The position numbers and the translations under genes were made by a program. Positions 8,197-18,519 of a stretch of DNA of 64,000 bases are shown one piece after another (the first letter of the stretch is position 1; every line of letters starts with the position of its first letter). The notes below the pieces were generated by a model. That model had not been told where the DNA came from, ran no database searches, and saw nothing but the letters and a program-made list of their open reading frames with translations. Source of the stretch: Bacillota bacterium (GTDB taxonomy: Bacteria > Bacillota > Clostridia > RUG12999); NCBI GenBank assembly GCA_030705675.1, contig JAUZPZ010000001.1, positions 364 to 64,363 on the forward strand. Direction: 5' to 3'.

Positions 8197-8814
8197 CTAA
8201 AACACCTTTATTACAATATCGCCGTTGGATGTAGATGGCGGCGTGTCCCCGGACGTCCATATGACGATATTGCGTACCTGTTTGGTTGTGTATGATGTGT
8301 TGCTGTATGCGGTTAATACTGCATTCAAAGTAGATGCGGTGTTTTTGGGTACAAAATTATTGTCCACATAGCTTTTGTTGGCGATGTCGTAGGAATCTGA
8401 CGGAGCCTGCACCTTCGCCCTACCGTTTGAATCCCGTATCATAAGCCTGCTTGATGTATACTCATTGGTGGCATAGTCTAATTTCTGTTTGTCCGCCGCG
8501 CTCATAAAGCCTGCGGCAGCTACGGTAGCATTCGTATGGCTACCGCTCTGCATATGGGCTTTGCAGTCCTCCAGTGTAACCGAAGGATCCGTATACCAAG
8601 AGGACTGCCCGGTAATTGCCTTGATGCGGTTGGCAATCCATCCCAAAACCTCTGATACTTTACCCTTGGAAACGGTGGGAGGAGGAATGTTTGATGAAAC
8701 AGTGGGTGTCAGAATGTCGTCGAGAACATCCATGTTTTCATTCAGTACCGCCACATCTGCGTTTTCGCTGTACAATGGCTTTTTAAAGGAATAGTTTGTT
8801 GTTGTTTTCGGCAC
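8197..8814 (-). CDS. Phage tail fibre protein (hypothetical)
   Basis: 205 aa in the fibre cluster; assigned by synteny only. Confidence 0.5.
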   Translation of the reverse strand: MPKTTTNYSFKKPLYSENADVAVLNENMDVLDDILTPTVSSNIPPPTVSKGKVSEVLGWIANRIKAITGQSSWYTDPSVTLEDCKAHMQSGSHTNATVAAAGFMSAADKQKLDYATNEYTSSRLMIRDSNGRAKVQAPSDSYDIANKSYVDNNFVPKNTASTLNAVLTAYSNTSYTTKQVRNIVIWTSGDTPPSTSNGDIVIKVF

Positions 8815-8819
8815 TTACA

Positions 8820-10736
8820 TCACCCCCTGAACCAGATTAATACCTTATCCACTGCAATTCTCTTAAGGACGGGATAGCCGTTATTGATGGATTTTACTGC
8901 TTTGCCGCCCTCTCCGGCGCGGCACAAATCACCCTGCTGAAGTGAACCGTCATCATAAACAGTCAGCTTTCCGAGCACACCTACGGTTGTCCATTCTGGG
9001 CGTTTCAGTCTTGGCACATACTCCTGCGAACTGTCCCAATCCGGGTTAAGAACCGGCTGCAGTTCATAGCGTTCTTCCTCAATGATGTTGCCGTCCTTAT
9101 CGGTCACCGCCGGAATCAGCACGTCATGGTACTGTATTCGTCCAAAATCGTCGGTCACATATTTACCCTGCCAGTGCATTTCACCACTGTCACCGATGAT
9201 GGCGGGCACTGCTGAAATTACACCGAGCGGCGTATCAAACTCATCTGTTTTGGCAATCTTGTCAACGATAAGTTTTACAAAGTACCCGGATCTGTCCTCC
9301 TTGTCCGGGTTTCCGTCCTGCCACTCGAATAACTCTGCGTAGTCGGCGCATGGCGAGGAAAGCGTACCGTCGGCACAGATATTTCCGTTCTGGAGAATTT
9401 TCACCGCAAGTCCCTGTGATGCGAGGGAAGTGCCGTTGGCGAGACTCCAGGAATAATTTTCTGGTGAAGCGCCGTATTTACCATATATAACAGCACCCTC
9501 ATGAGCCGCAATCGTATAGCATCCGTGTGCCTGCGTATAGTATCCTCCCGCCATGCCGTACCCGCTTGCGAGGTTGTAGCCGTATGACGACTCGATTCTG
9601 AATACATATCCGTCACTAATGAGAGCTTCGCCGTAGCCGCCCCAGCCCAAATCGGTATCGCTTGCAAGATATATGGTTTGCCCGGAAACGCTGACTACCG
9701 ATGCTAAGGTATAAATAATGGTATTCCCATTGTTCTTATAGCGAATCAGTACCTTATAGCCTGTCAATCCCGATACATTTTCTCCAATCGCTGCCGTCAG
9801 GGTTTTTGCAGTACTGGACATCGCGATGCATTTGATAGCTCTTCCGGCAGTACGAGCGTAGTTAAATGCAGTTGAATAATAACCATAACAATTGCTGCCA
9901 TTAAACGCAGCAGCATAATCCTGATTCGTCGATGCAGAATTAGCGGCAAAGCTGGTCTGGTTGTTGGCCGTCGCACCGTTGCAGGCAAACGAACTTGATC
10001 CTTTCGCGTTTCCACTGTTAAAAGCCGCGCTTGAGGAGCCGGACGCATTGCCATAATTGGCTGAAAAACTGCCTGTTCCCGTCGAACTGCTGCCCATGGT
10101 GACCGATCCGTTTCCGTTTTTCTTGTACTCGTCACGGAGAATATAAAAGCTCGATGTATATATATAATCCATAACCGTGTGTATGCTGTCAGGCGGGTTG
10201 CTTGACAGGGGCATATCGGCTATTTCGATGTAGCCGCTTTCTATGCTGACATTCGTAACGGTTGTGAGGAATTTACCGGAGTCCACACTGACCCAGTCAG
10301 ACCATTCAGGGTCACACCATGATTGATAGATACTCACAATAACCCTGTCCCCGGCCTGTAGGTTAAAATTCACATTGCCTTCGGAATAGATATAGAAGTT
10401 AATACGTTTTAAAGAGATATCCACCCAATCTAACGAAACGTCACCCAGACCTTCCGTTATTGTTTTGTTGGATCCGATAACCAAATGGTTATCACCGATA
10501 ATGATGTTGCCCGTTCCGAAAATCCTGTTATGACTACCGAAAATAATGTTTCCGCTTCCGATGGCAACGTTATCCTCGCCCTCGTTCAGAATTTGCACGC
10601 CGGACGAGCCGTTTCCGCTTGCCAGCACCTCGTTGATCGCCGCCACAATTTCTTTTGCGTTGGTCTGAAGATTCGCCACATCGCCTACGTCGGCAAAGGT
10701 GGCAAGACCTATGTCGTTTGGTTGTATTTCCGCCAA
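8820..10736 (-). CDS. Tail fibre / pre-neck appendage-like protein with a C-terminal Peptidase_G2-type intramolecular chaperone region
   Basis: 638 aa, Gly/Ser/Ala/Asn-rich repeats (GSSSAAFNSGNAKGSSSFACNG) and a C-terminal CADYAELFEWQDGNP motif recalled from the Peptidase_G2 family. Confidence 0.6.
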   Translation of the reverse strand: MAEIQPNDIGLATFADVGDVANLQTNAKEIVAAINEVLASGNGSSGVQILNEGEDNVAIGSGNIIFGSHNRIFGTGNIIIGDNHLVIGSNKTITEGLGDVSLDWVDISLKRINFYIYSEGNVNFNLQAGDRVIVSIYQSWCDPEWSDWVSVDSGKFLTTVTNVSIESGYIEIADMPLSSNPPDSIHTVMDYIYTSSFYILRDEYKKNGNGSVTMGSSSTGTGSFSANYGNASGSSSAAFNSGNAKGSSSFACNGATANNQTSFAANSASTNQDYAAAFNGSNCYGYYSTAFNYARTAGRAIKCIAMSSTAKTLTAAIGENVSGLTGYKVLIRYKNNGNTIIYTLASVVSVSGQTIYLASDTDLGWGGYGEALISDGYVFRIESSYGYNLASGYGMAGGYYTQAHGCYTIAAHEGAVIYGKYGASPENYSWSLANGTSLASQGLAVKILQNGNICADGTLSSPCADYAELFEWQDGNPDKEDRSGYFVKLIVDKIAKTDEFDTPLGVISAVPAIIGDSGEMHWQGKYVTDDFGRIQYHDVLIPAVTDKDGNIIEEERYELQPVLNPDWDSSQEYVPRLKRPEWTTVGVLGKLTVYDDGSLQQGDLCRAGEGGKAVKSINNGYPVLKRIAVDKVLIWFRG

Positions 10737-11375
10737 TTAAATGACCTCCCTTGCATATGCTTTGTTTTCATCCCATACCACAATGCCGTTTCCGTCCTCA
10801 CCGCAGTAATATGGAGCGCCCCCTACAATACGGAGGCTGTTTTTAGTTTCAAAAGTCATCAGGTTTTCCCATGAATAGGCCTGCGCGCCGCTCCAGTCAG
10901 TCAGAGTATTCAGCACATCTTGCCACAAACGATAGGTAAATATATATTCAACTGCCAAGTGAGCAGGCTTAATATCCTCAATAACCATTTGTATATCAGA
11001 AAGGTTATATGGAACACCCTGTTTGCTCATGAATTTAACCGCGAATAAATACTGCGTGGCGTATTCAATGACCTCAATTTCACCATTCACAAAAGACGCC
11101 GCCACATTTTTCATCATGGTTTTGGTGACTGTGCCGATTCCTCTTAGTTTGGAAAGGACTCGACCACGGCGGGTTTCAGCGCTTGCGGACGGCTCAGTTG
11201 CTATACCGACATCCTTTTCATGACTGGACAAATTTCTGTCAGCCAGCAGCACAAAGAACTGGTTTTCAGTCAGTTGAACCTCTTGTTTCAGCAATTCGTA
11301 TTCCGACTCAAGGGAATCCATAAGTTCATTCATGACCATGGATTTTCTGTAATAGGAAGGCAGATGCTCATGCAA
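10737..11375 (-). CDS. Baseplate/tail protein, DUF2313 (XkdU/YmfQ-like)
   Basis: LPSYYRKS...NQFF...RRGRVLSKLRG pattern. Start is uncertain: TTG at 11375 with a GGGGGTGG RBS, or ATG at 11339; the ORF maximum is 11429. Confidence 0.65.
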   Translation of the reverse strand: MHEHLPSYYRKSMVMNELMDSLESEYELLKQEVQLTENQFFVLLADRNLSSHEKDVGIATEPSASAETRRGRVLSKLRGIGTVTKTMMKNVAASFVNGEIEVIEYATQYLFAVKFMSKQGVPYNLSDIQMVIEDIKPAHLAVEYIFTYRLWQDVLNTLTDWSGAQAYSWENLMTFETKNSLRIVGGAPYYCGEDGNGIVVWDENKAYAREVI

Positions 11376-12402
11376 GGTCAACCACCCCCAAAACAGGCAC
11401 CTCAGTTTCGGACACCTCAATATTTTCATTACCGCCGTTCACCAACAGATCGGAATAATCCAGAACCTCCTCGCAGCTTAAGATACAGCCACCGATTTGA
11501 GCGTAGGAGATATATTCAGCGGCAAATGCGTTTTTCTGCAAATACTTCGTAATATTGGCTCTGATTTTTTCACGAGCAGAATCCACCGTTGAGCCTGCTA
11601 TAAGCACCAGTGAAACATTCACATCCACCGTCAGCGGTTGGGCGCTTTCCACAGTCACCGCCGCGCCGATTGGGCGCTCCGCTTCGATATGCTCGGTAAC
11701 AGCAGTAATCAAAGTCGCGTCCGCAGCCTGCTTCTCGGCGTTGATAATGATGACCTTGACCGTACCTGCGCCATTCCAAAGCGGGATACATTTTGCATCG
11801 CCAACACCTTCCACTTCTTTTGCCCACATAACGTAATGATACTTTGAGCCGCTTGTCGCCGGGAGGGACACCTTTTCAAAATACCGATCTCGCAGTTCAT
11901 CATCGTTTTCCACGTCAAATCCGCCAGTTGTGGCGCTTGGATTGGTAACGGATGTTAGTCCGCCGATGGTAACGGGGAAACGGCTTATTGCCCCAATGGG
12001 CACATTACCCTGTTTGCCCGGTGTATCACAAGAAACACTTACCGTTGCCGTCCCGGAAGAATCGATATACTTGCTCTGCGCAACCGTAAAAACAAGGGTG
12101 TCCGAAGCAACCTTGTCACCGCTTGATATGACGGAGCCGACATTTCCGGAAACGGTAACCGTACCCATGGCATACGTTGCAGCTTTACGAGTCAACCCCT
12201 GCTCGGCAACCTTTTTGTCAAGGTAGGCTCCCTTTGCTGTTGCGGCAAAACCGTTAAGCAAGATTTCCTCCAGCTTGGCATAGATGCTTTCTAGTTCGAT
12301 TGCCAGTGGCTTCTGCGTGTCATAAAAAAAGGAGCCGACCGATTTGTCGAACTCCAAAGATATATTAAAGAGTAACCGCGACAGTATTTGTTCCTGCGTC
12401 AT
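11368..12402 (-). CDS. Baseplate J-like protein (XkdT-like)
   Basis: Start chosen at MTQEQILSRL (codon 33 of ORF 11368..12498); sits between the DUF2634-like and DUF2313-like genes as in PBSX. Confidence 0.75.
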   Translation of the reverse strand: MTQEQILSRLLFNISLEFDKSVGSFFYDTQKPLAIELESIYAKLEEILLNGFAATAKGAYLDKKVAEQGLTRKAATYAMGTVTVSGNVGSVISSGDKVASDTLVFTVAQSKYIDSSGTATVSVSCDTPGKQGNVPIGAISRFPVTIGGLTSVTNPSATTGGFDVENDDELRDRYFEKVSLPATSGSKYHYVMWAKEVEGVGDAKCIPLWNGAGTVKVIIINAEKQAADATLITAVTEHIEAERPIGAAVTVESAQPLTVDVNVSLVLIAGSTVDSAREKIRANITKYLQKNAFAAEYISYAQIGGCILSCEEVLDYSDLLVNGGNENIEVSETEVPVLGVVDLA

Positions 12403-12796
12403 TTGTTTCCACCTCCATGCTGACGATGATTCCACTTGCGGTCCGTGCCAGACTAAAATTAGCGACCGCTGATATATTAGGGTTTTGTAGAAGCGCATCT
12501 TCGATTTCCCGTTTCAGTTCGGCTTCAATAAACGCGGCCGTGTAATTGCTGCCGATGAGCAAATCCTCAAGCCTGCATCCGTAATTGGTATCGTCGTAAA
12601 TTTTGAATCGCTCCTTTTCAGTGCGGAGGATTTTTTCTATCCATATCCTGATTGCATCCGTGCCGTCACATTCCACCAGTTTACCGTTTCGCACGACAAA
12701 GTCGCCTGTTGTAAAGTCAAATAAAAAGGACTTGCTCGTCATAGCATTTTTTTCGGCGGTATCCACGGTCAAGTCCGGTGTTTCGGGAAACATCAC
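12365..12796 (-). CDS. Baseplate protein, DUF2634 (XkdS-like)
   Basis: 143 aa with the FDFTTGDFVVRNGKL motif; synteny. Confidence 0.7.
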   Translation of the reverse strand: MMFPETPDLTVDTAEKNAMTSKSFLFDFTTGDFVVRNGKLVECDGTDAIRIWIEKILRTEKERFKIYDDTNYGCRLEDLLIGSNYTAAFIEAELKREIEDALLQNPNISAVANFSLARTASGIIVSMEVETNDAGTNTVAVTL

Positions 12797-13059
12797 TGCA
12801 CCACCCCAATCAGGATAAATTTTTGGCTATCGGCATACGGCAGAAGAACAACCTCTTTACCAAGATGGATATACCGGCCTGATTCATCAACGGCATTCAG
12901 GGAAATACACGTTTTTATACGAGTAGATGTGACTATCACCTTATCACCGAGCTGGATTTTTAGATCAGGCAATCTGATGATTCTGCCGATCATGGGAGAA
13001 TAGCCGTTTGCGTTCTCCCGTTCCTTGAATAGCTTTGCAAGTTCTGTTATACCATTCAT
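12793..13059 (-). CDS. Baseplate protein, DUF2577 (XkdR-like)
   Basis: 88 aa, GRIIRLPDLKIQLGDKVI pattern; 4-nt overlaps with both neighbours. Confidence 0.65.
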   Translation of the reverse strand: MNGITELAKLFKERENANGYSPMIGRIIRLPDLKIQLGDKVIVTSTRIKTCISLNAVDESGRYIHLGKEVVLLPYADSQKFILIGVVQ

Positions 13060-13997
13060 ACCTGCCTCCTTAAATCCAGCTTCACATAATGAATACCGTT
13101 TTTAATGCTGTGTCCGCTGCCTTCAATAAAATAATCCGAATCATCAATCGTAATTAGATATCCAGCTCTTGTATAGCTATCCATGGCCTCAATAATTTCA
13201 AAGGAAAAGGTCTCTTTTATTTTGGACAGTTCGGAGAGTTTCTGCTGTGCCACATTATTGGCATTTTCCTTTTCGGGGTCGATTTTCACAACTTCTTGCA
13301 GTAATCCGTATTTGGTAATAAGGCTGTCATCCTTTAAAACCGTTTGCACAGCGTAATTTTCATCTTTTTCAGTTATGACCTTAATAGCATTTTTCATATC
13401 CTCAATCGAAATCGAGTGGGACACATTGCCTCGGAGGGGAGAGGAATAAATAAGTTGCGTATTCGGTGACAGACGAAACTCCGGATACGCGTAAATGCTG
13501 CCGATTTTATATATCCGCAGACCCTTTGGGGTAACATCAAGGTTGTACCCGCCACCGCAGAGTTCAAGAATATCCTTCAATATTTCCGAGACGGTCTTAT
13601 CAAAATATATTTTTGTAATCTCGGTTGTGAGAGCAGGGACGCTGTCAATCTCAATGTTAAAATCATCGCACACCTTACGGATAGCTTTGTATGCGGGCAT
13701 GGCATTGAATTGATAGGTTTCGCTTGACTTGTTCAGATACCAGCCAAAATCGCAGACCGTATATTTGTTGGAGGTTTTGCTACCATCATCCACGGTCAGT
13801 ACAATCCCTCTGAATATTTCCTCGTTGGTGTATAGCCGGATAATGCTTCCCTCGCTGGGAAGATAGATATTTGTATGCTGCGCGTCGCTTTTGGCGACTT
13901 CAAAACTCATTGTGGTGGCAAGCTCCGATATGGTATTCTGCCAGGACAGATTTCCAACCGCAGAGGTTATATTTATTCCATCAGCATAAATTATCAT
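13056..13997 (-). CDS. Baseplate hub / late control D-like protein (XkdQ-like)
   Basis: 313 aa; position downstream of the tape measure in the Xkd gene order. Confidence 0.6.
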   Translation of the reverse strand: MIIYADGINITSAVGNLSWQNTISELATTMSFEVAKSDAQHTNIYLPSEGSIIRLYTNEEIFRGIVLTVDDGSKTSNKYTVCDFGWYLNKSSETYQFNAMPAYKAIRKVCDDFNIEIDSVPALTTEITKIYFDKTVSEILKDILELCGGGYNLDVTPKGLRIYKIGSIYAYPEFRLSPNTQLIYSSPLRGNVSHSISIEDMKNAIKVITEKDENYAVQTVLKDDSLITKYGLLQEVVKIDPEKENANNVAQQKLSELSKIKETFSFEIIEAMDSYTRAGYLITIDDSDYFIEGSGHSIKNGIHYVKLDLRRQV

Positions 13998-14398
13998 ACT
14001 GTGTTCACCAACTTAAATTGTGAGAGTACAAGGGAGAAATATAGGTCTCCATCTTTTTTTATGGTATAGGAAAAGTCATCTACGCTGCACACCATATTAA
14101 TGGGTGTTTCGGTGATTATCAGCCGGATGGGGTACTTCGCCTCAATCCACTTGTCGATGATGTACACATATTCAAAACCTTTATAGCTTCGATCGCGCAG
14201 GAAGGGATAGTTCCGGACGGGGAAAAAGCTGTTTATGGTGATGCCTTTCAATCCCGGTACACCGATTAACTTCAAATCACCCTGTGTGATCGTCTCAAAT
14301 GTATCGTTTTTCTGCGGTTTGGTAATGGTAAACTCGGCAGGAAGGACGGGCAGTTGTAAAACCTGTTCTCTGTTGTTTACACTTAAAAAAATATCCAC
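13994..14398 (-). CDS. Tail/baseplate assembly protein in the XkdP position (no LysM seen)
   Basis: 134 aa directly after the tape measure gene; synteny only. Confidence 0.5.
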   Translation of the reverse strand: MDIFLSVNNREQVLQLPVLPAEFTITKPQKNDTFETITQGDLKLIGVPGLKGITINSFFPVRNYPFLRDRSYKGFEYVYIIDKWIEAKYPIRLIITETPINMVCSVDDFSYTIKKDGDLYFSLVLSQFKLVNTV

Positions 14399-14415
14399 TT
14401 TCGCACATCCTTCCT

Positions 14416-16452
14416 TTATAAATTAGCAAGCGCCAGTTTTAGCTTCGGCACGACCTCATCCACGATTTCATCGGCGGATTTCCCGTCGGCATACACATTT
14501 ATGGTAATATGGCTTTCGTTTTTGGTGGAGGAAGGGAGAGGTGAAACACTTGCGCCCTTTGGCAGGTTAAGCATCTCAGCGCCTTTTTCTCCGACAATAA
14601 CCGAACCTGCCTTGCGGATAATACCGCCCTGTGCCAGCATGGGTATTTGCGGCACTGGGATGTGTGGAATTGCCGGAATACCTATATTGCCGCTGATGGA
14701 GTTTACTCCGTCAATCATGCCGTTAATGCCGCCGATAAATTTGCCAATCAGTCCGTTTACATCACTAATAATAAGGTTCACAAACCCTTTGAAGCCGCCG
14801 CCAAATTCATCCAACTTGGCCTTGAACGCATCCCACATCCCTAAAAAGAAATTGCGGAACGGCTCGCATTTATTCCATAATAGAATGAAAGCGCCTACGA
14901 TAAGTCCAATGCCAAGCACAATCCATCCGATGGGGCTGGCAAGAAATGCGGCGTTGAGGAGCCACTGTCCGGCGGTCAGCGCCGCCGTTGCAGTAACCTG
15001 TATCCACGTAGCAGTAGCCATGACACCTTTTGCTATGGCATCCTTTGCATAAAGAGCGACCAGAATGCCCGTTTCGATTATATCCTTGGTGCGCCAAATA
15101 GAGTACGCAATTTCAATACCAAGCGCACCTGCTTTTGCTGCTTTCCACAGATTGACCGCACCCGTCCAGATAGCGGTGGTAGTGGAAACAATTTGTGTCC
15201 AGGTATTTGTTGTGATTAATGCCAGCTTATATGCAACAATCGCTTTCACAATGCCGTCTACAACAGGCCCAATCTGCGACCAGTTATCTTTTATATAGTT
15301 GTATAGGTCAGTAGATTTTTGGATGACCGTTCCAAGAACATCAATAGCACCAGGAAGTCCCACATCCTTAATCCAGTTGATAGTTGGCTTGGCATTTTCA
15401 AAAGCATCATATAAAAAAGTTTTTACATCAGAGAGTACAGTTTTAAGGGTAGAAAACTTCGGCATATTATTTTCAACCGCTGTTTTAATGTTATTAAACG
15501 CTGAAACACCGAAGTCCCATACGCCTTGAAATGCTGTTTTAAGCGGAGGCAGGACATTGTCTTTCACCCACATCAGCGGCGTTTTGACCGCATCTATTGC
15601 CTTTGTCACCGCATCCCGCATTTGCGGTATCTTAGTCGCCGTATAGGTAACGACCTTTGAAATAACGGGAAGGACAGCATAGCCGATTTCGTCCTTTACC
15701 GAACCCCATGCGTTTTTCAGCTGACGTATTCTGCCCTCGGGTGTTTTCGCCATTTCCTTGGCAAGGCCACCGAAGTTGGCATTCAAAACCTCCACAAGGG
15801 TGGCCGCCTTTTGGCTTTCGGTTCCCGTTTTCAGAATGTTTTCCTGCACCTTGGTAAACGAAACACCCGCTTTGGTCAGCGCACCGACAGAACCCATCAT
15901 GACCTTGCCGATGAGGTTGCCGGACTGAATCATCTGCTCCTGCGTGACATTCACGCCGTACTGTGCCACCGCCAAATCCTGAAACGCGGGCATAATGGTT
16001 TTTATCGTATTTGCATTTAACTGGAAGGTGGCAAGCTGGGACGCACCGGCAACCGTAGCGTCGCCCTCAATAGTAGTTACAAGTTCAAGAGCATCACCGT
16101 AATTGATTATCTCCTGCACCTGTGATTTTGTTGTACCTTTGACATTCATCATCAGGGTTTCAAGCCTTGTGTTGGCGCGTTCCAGCTCCATCACGCCGGT
16201 CACGCAGTCGGTTAGAAAGTCCTTGACCTGATTGAACCCTGCATAAGCCGCGACCAGTCCTACAGCTTTTTTCGCAAGGGACGTGAGCGCCTGTCCGGTT
16301 GTGTTGCCTTGCTCGCTCATCTTTTTTAGGTAGGAAGTGGCACTTGCCGTATGGGTTTTAAGGTTTTTTGTTCCGGTGATGGCGTTTCGTATGCCTACAG
16401 TAAATCCGCCGTCCTTAATGGAAAGCGTAGCTCCGATATTCTTTTTTGCCAC
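14416..16452 (-). CDS. Tail tape measure protein
   Basis: 678 aa, GTG start; helical N-terminal part and hydrophobic Gly-rich C-terminal half; lies between the chaperone and baseplate genes. Confidence 0.85.
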   Translation of the reverse strand: MAKKNIGATLSIKDGGFTVGIRNAITGTKNLKTHTASATSYLKKMSEQGNTTGQALTSLAKKAVGLVAAYAGFNQVKDFLTDCVTGVMELERANTRLETLMMNVKGTTKSQVQEIINYGDALELVTTIEGDATVAGASQLATFQLNANTIKTIMPAFQDLAVAQYGVNVTQEQMIQSGNLIGKVMMGSVGALTKAGVSFTKVQENILKTGTESQKAATLVEVLNANFGGLAKEMAKTPEGRIRQLKNAWGSVKDEIGYAVLPVISKVVTYTATKIPQMRDAVTKAIDAVKTPLMWVKDNVLPPLKTAFQGVWDFGVSAFNNIKTAVENNMPKFSTLKTVLSDVKTFLYDAFENAKPTINWIKDVGLPGAIDVLGTVIQKSTDLYNYIKDNWSQIGPVVDGIVKAIVAYKLALITTNTWTQIVSTTTAIWTGAVNLWKAAKAGALGIEIAYSIWRTKDIIETGILVALYAKDAIAKGVMATATWIQVTATAALTAGQWLLNAAFLASPIGWIVLGIGLIVGAFILLWNKCEPFRNFFLGMWDAFKAKLDEFGGGFKGFVNLIISDVNGLIGKFIGGINGMIDGVNSISGNIGIPAIPHIPVPQIPMLAQGGIIRKAGSVIVGEKGAEMLNLPKGASVSPLPSSTKNESHITINVYADGKSADEIVDEVVPKLKLALANL

Positions 16453-16634
16453 TAAACCTCACCACCTGTCAAAGCCCTAAATTTCTTGGCTTCCTCTTCA
16501 TTAAATAAATTGATACTTGCAATCATAAATTGCTTTTCTGTAAAAGAACGGCTCAAAATATATTCAAAAGTAAAACCTCGCTGCAGATAATGATGTAATA
16601 AATAAAGTTCACTATCTGCATCAATTAGTTTTTT
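16452..16634 (-). CDS. -1 frame extension of the tail assembly chaperone (GT-type fusion product)
   Basis: Open -1 frame KL-IDADSELYLLHHYLQRGFTFEYILSRSFTEKQFMIASINLFNEEEAKKFRALTGGEV-stop; its TAG overlaps the tape-measure GTG. Confidence 0.65.
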   Translation of the reverse strand, partial: KKLIDADSELYLLHHYLQRGFTFEYILSRSFTEKQFMIASINLFNEEEAKKFRALTGGEV

Positions 16635-17002
16635 ATGTCTTCAACCGCCTTCACGCCGTCTACATACCCGGCAAGCTTTAAGCATTCCACCGCAATCTGG
16701 GGAATTTCACCGACATCAAAGATTTTCTCTACAATTTCCATCGGTTCAACGCAGTCGAAGGCCTGTTGCAGTTCCTTTGATTTCAGGCAGGGCTCGGTAA
16801 CACATGAATATACCAGATAGGCGTCACCATTGTCCAGTTCCTGTGCATCTCTTGCCAAATCTCCGGTCGGGCTTTCAATCGTAATCGTGCCGTCCAGAGA
16901 CTTGACATACAGGGATTTTGTTTTCTTTTGCTTTTTGGATTCCAGCATCTGCTCCTTGCGTTTTAGCAGCTCCTCGAGCGTTATTTTTGTGTGTTTATTC
17001 AT
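16625..17002 (-). CDS. Tail assembly chaperone (XkdN-like)
   Basis: 125 aa acidic protein between the tube and tape measure genes, followed by a frameshift site. Confidence 0.75.
   Translation of the reverse strand: MNKHTKITLEELLKRKEQMLESKKQKKTKSLYVKSLDGTITIESPTGDLARDAQELDNGDAYLVYSCVTEPCLKSKELQQAFDCVEPMEIVEKIFDVGEIPQIAVECLKLAGYVDGVKAVEDIKN
16628..16634 (-). other. Programmed -1 ribosomal frameshift heptamer A_AAA_AAC
   Basis: X_XXY_YYZ in the zero frame (ATA AAA AAC TAA) at the last codons of the chaperone gene. Confidence 0.65.
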
Positions 17003-17008
17003 AATCTT

Positions 17009-17449
17009 TTACCTCACCTTCACTAAGTCGGGGAAATCAAAATCAGTGAATCCGCCGCTGTATTCTTCCTCCAAGGTTTTTGCGTTTTCAAAGCTCATAA
17101 GCACCAAATCGCCAAACCAGCAGTTGTTTAGGACAAGCCGTTCACTGCCGTAGGCATCGGGATCATCGAGTTTGCCAATCAGCTGACAGCGAACATCCCG
17201 CCCTTCCTTGATAGCACTGCATAGCTTAATTTGCCCTCTTGAAAATATTTTTTTGATGGTAAAGGAAAACTCTCCGGCATAGCCTGTCAGTTTGGAGTCT
17301 TTTCCCATCTGCATGGCAAAATCAACGTCCTCACGCTCCAATTTCAGCTTTGCCTCAAACTTTGCCACCTCAAAAATGGGTTCACCATCCCAGTAAATCA
17401 TGCCCCATTTGCCGTTCATCACGCGAGGTGCTACAGGTTTTTGTGCCAT
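17009..17449 (-). CDS. Tail tube protein (XkdM-like)
   Basis: 146 aa, NGKWGMIYWDGEPIFEVAKFEAKL...GEFSFTIKK pattern; follows the sheath gene. Confidence 0.8.
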   Translation of the reverse strand: MAQKPVAPRVMNGKWGMIYWDGEPIFEVAKFEAKLKLEREDVDFAMQMGKDSKLTGYAGEFSFTIKKIFSRGQIKLCSAIKEGRDVRCQLIGKLDDPDAYGSERLVLNNCWFGDLVLMSFENAKTLEEEYSGGFTDFDFPDLVKVR

Positions 17450-17463
17450 TTATATCACCGTCC

Positions 17464-18519
17464 TTAATCCATATAGATTGTAAATTTCAAATCTTCCATT
17501 GCATCCTGAATTTGAATATTCGCTTTAACAAATACATTCGTACCCGTATTTGCAGTCTTGATTTTTTCCTCGTCCCAGGATGATATATCGCGGGTCAGCT
17601 TTAGCCATTCGGTAGTCGAATTTATATCTATCTCTGCCTTGTTGTCAAACTTGTCATACAGAACTCCGGATGCAGCAAGATCTTTTAGATATTTGTTCAC
17701 AGCCGCAAGGAAGATAATTTTGTTGTCATAGCTGTTTTCCACTTTGCCGATAAACTCATCCTCAAATGTGGTTCGTATATCATCACGAATCATATCAGCG
17801 GCTTCCACGATTTTTATTTTCTTAAAGTCCTCGCCAGATGTATCGGTAAGCGTTGCAAGAGAATTAACCGCACGGGCGATCTTAATTTTTGTGCCGTCAT
17901 TGATGAGAATCATCTTGCCGGAATCAATGTCAGTGTTCGGGTCCTCGCTTTCCGTAATGGACTCAACCTCCGAAAGCGCATAATAGGTGGCACTCCTGTT
18001 TAAAGAAAGCCCCGCGAGGATACCTGCGATTCGCGGACAGTATTCCGCCGCTGCATAGGTTTTTGTACCAACTTTGATGCCCTCTGTAGCAAAGTTTACA
18101 ACGCCCTCGCTGTCAGCTGCGGTGCTCGGGAGTACCGCTTTAAAGGTTTTATGATAAGTACTGCGTTGTTCCTTAACCCAGTCGGCAATGTCACCCGTTT
18201 CGCCGCTTTGCACAGATGGTACCGTCAGCCAGTTCCATTTTTTGTTCTTCAGCCTATTTAGGGCAGTATCAATGCTACCGTCCGTACTGATACGTTCAAC
18301 AATAACTGCTGACGGGTTTCCGAGAAATACCTGTGAAAGATATGCAAGGTTTGTAGCCGTATAATGACTTTTCGTGATTTCGCTTTCCTTGGTATAGGTT
18401 TTAGTGTCAAAGGTAGATGTATTGTCTTTCAAGATTACAGCAACAATACCTCGCTCACTGCGTGACACCAAGGTTTCGGCTAATGTCTTAAACTGAATAA
18501 TGATCTGTGGCAGTCCCAT
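17464..18519 (-). CDS. Contractile tail sheath protein (XkdK-like)
   Basis: 351 aa immediately upstream of the tube gene; synteny and size. Confidence 0.7.
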   Translation of the reverse strand: MGLPQIIIQFKTLAETLVSRSERGIVAVILKDNTSTFDTKTYTKESEITKSHYTATNLAYLSQVFLGNPSAVIVERISTDGSIDTALNRLKNKKWNWLTVPSVQSGETGDIADWVKEQRSTYHKTFKAVLPSTAADSEGVVNFATEGIKVGTKTYAAAEYCPRIAGILAGLSLNRSATYYALSEVESITESEDPNTDIDSGKMILINDGTKIKIARAVNSLATLTDTSGEDFKKIKIVEAADMIRDDIRTTFEDEFIGKVENSYDNKIIFLAAVNKYLKDLAASGVLYDKFDNKAEIDINSTTEWLKLTRDISSWDEEKIKTANTGTNVFVKANIQIQDAMEDLKFTIYMD

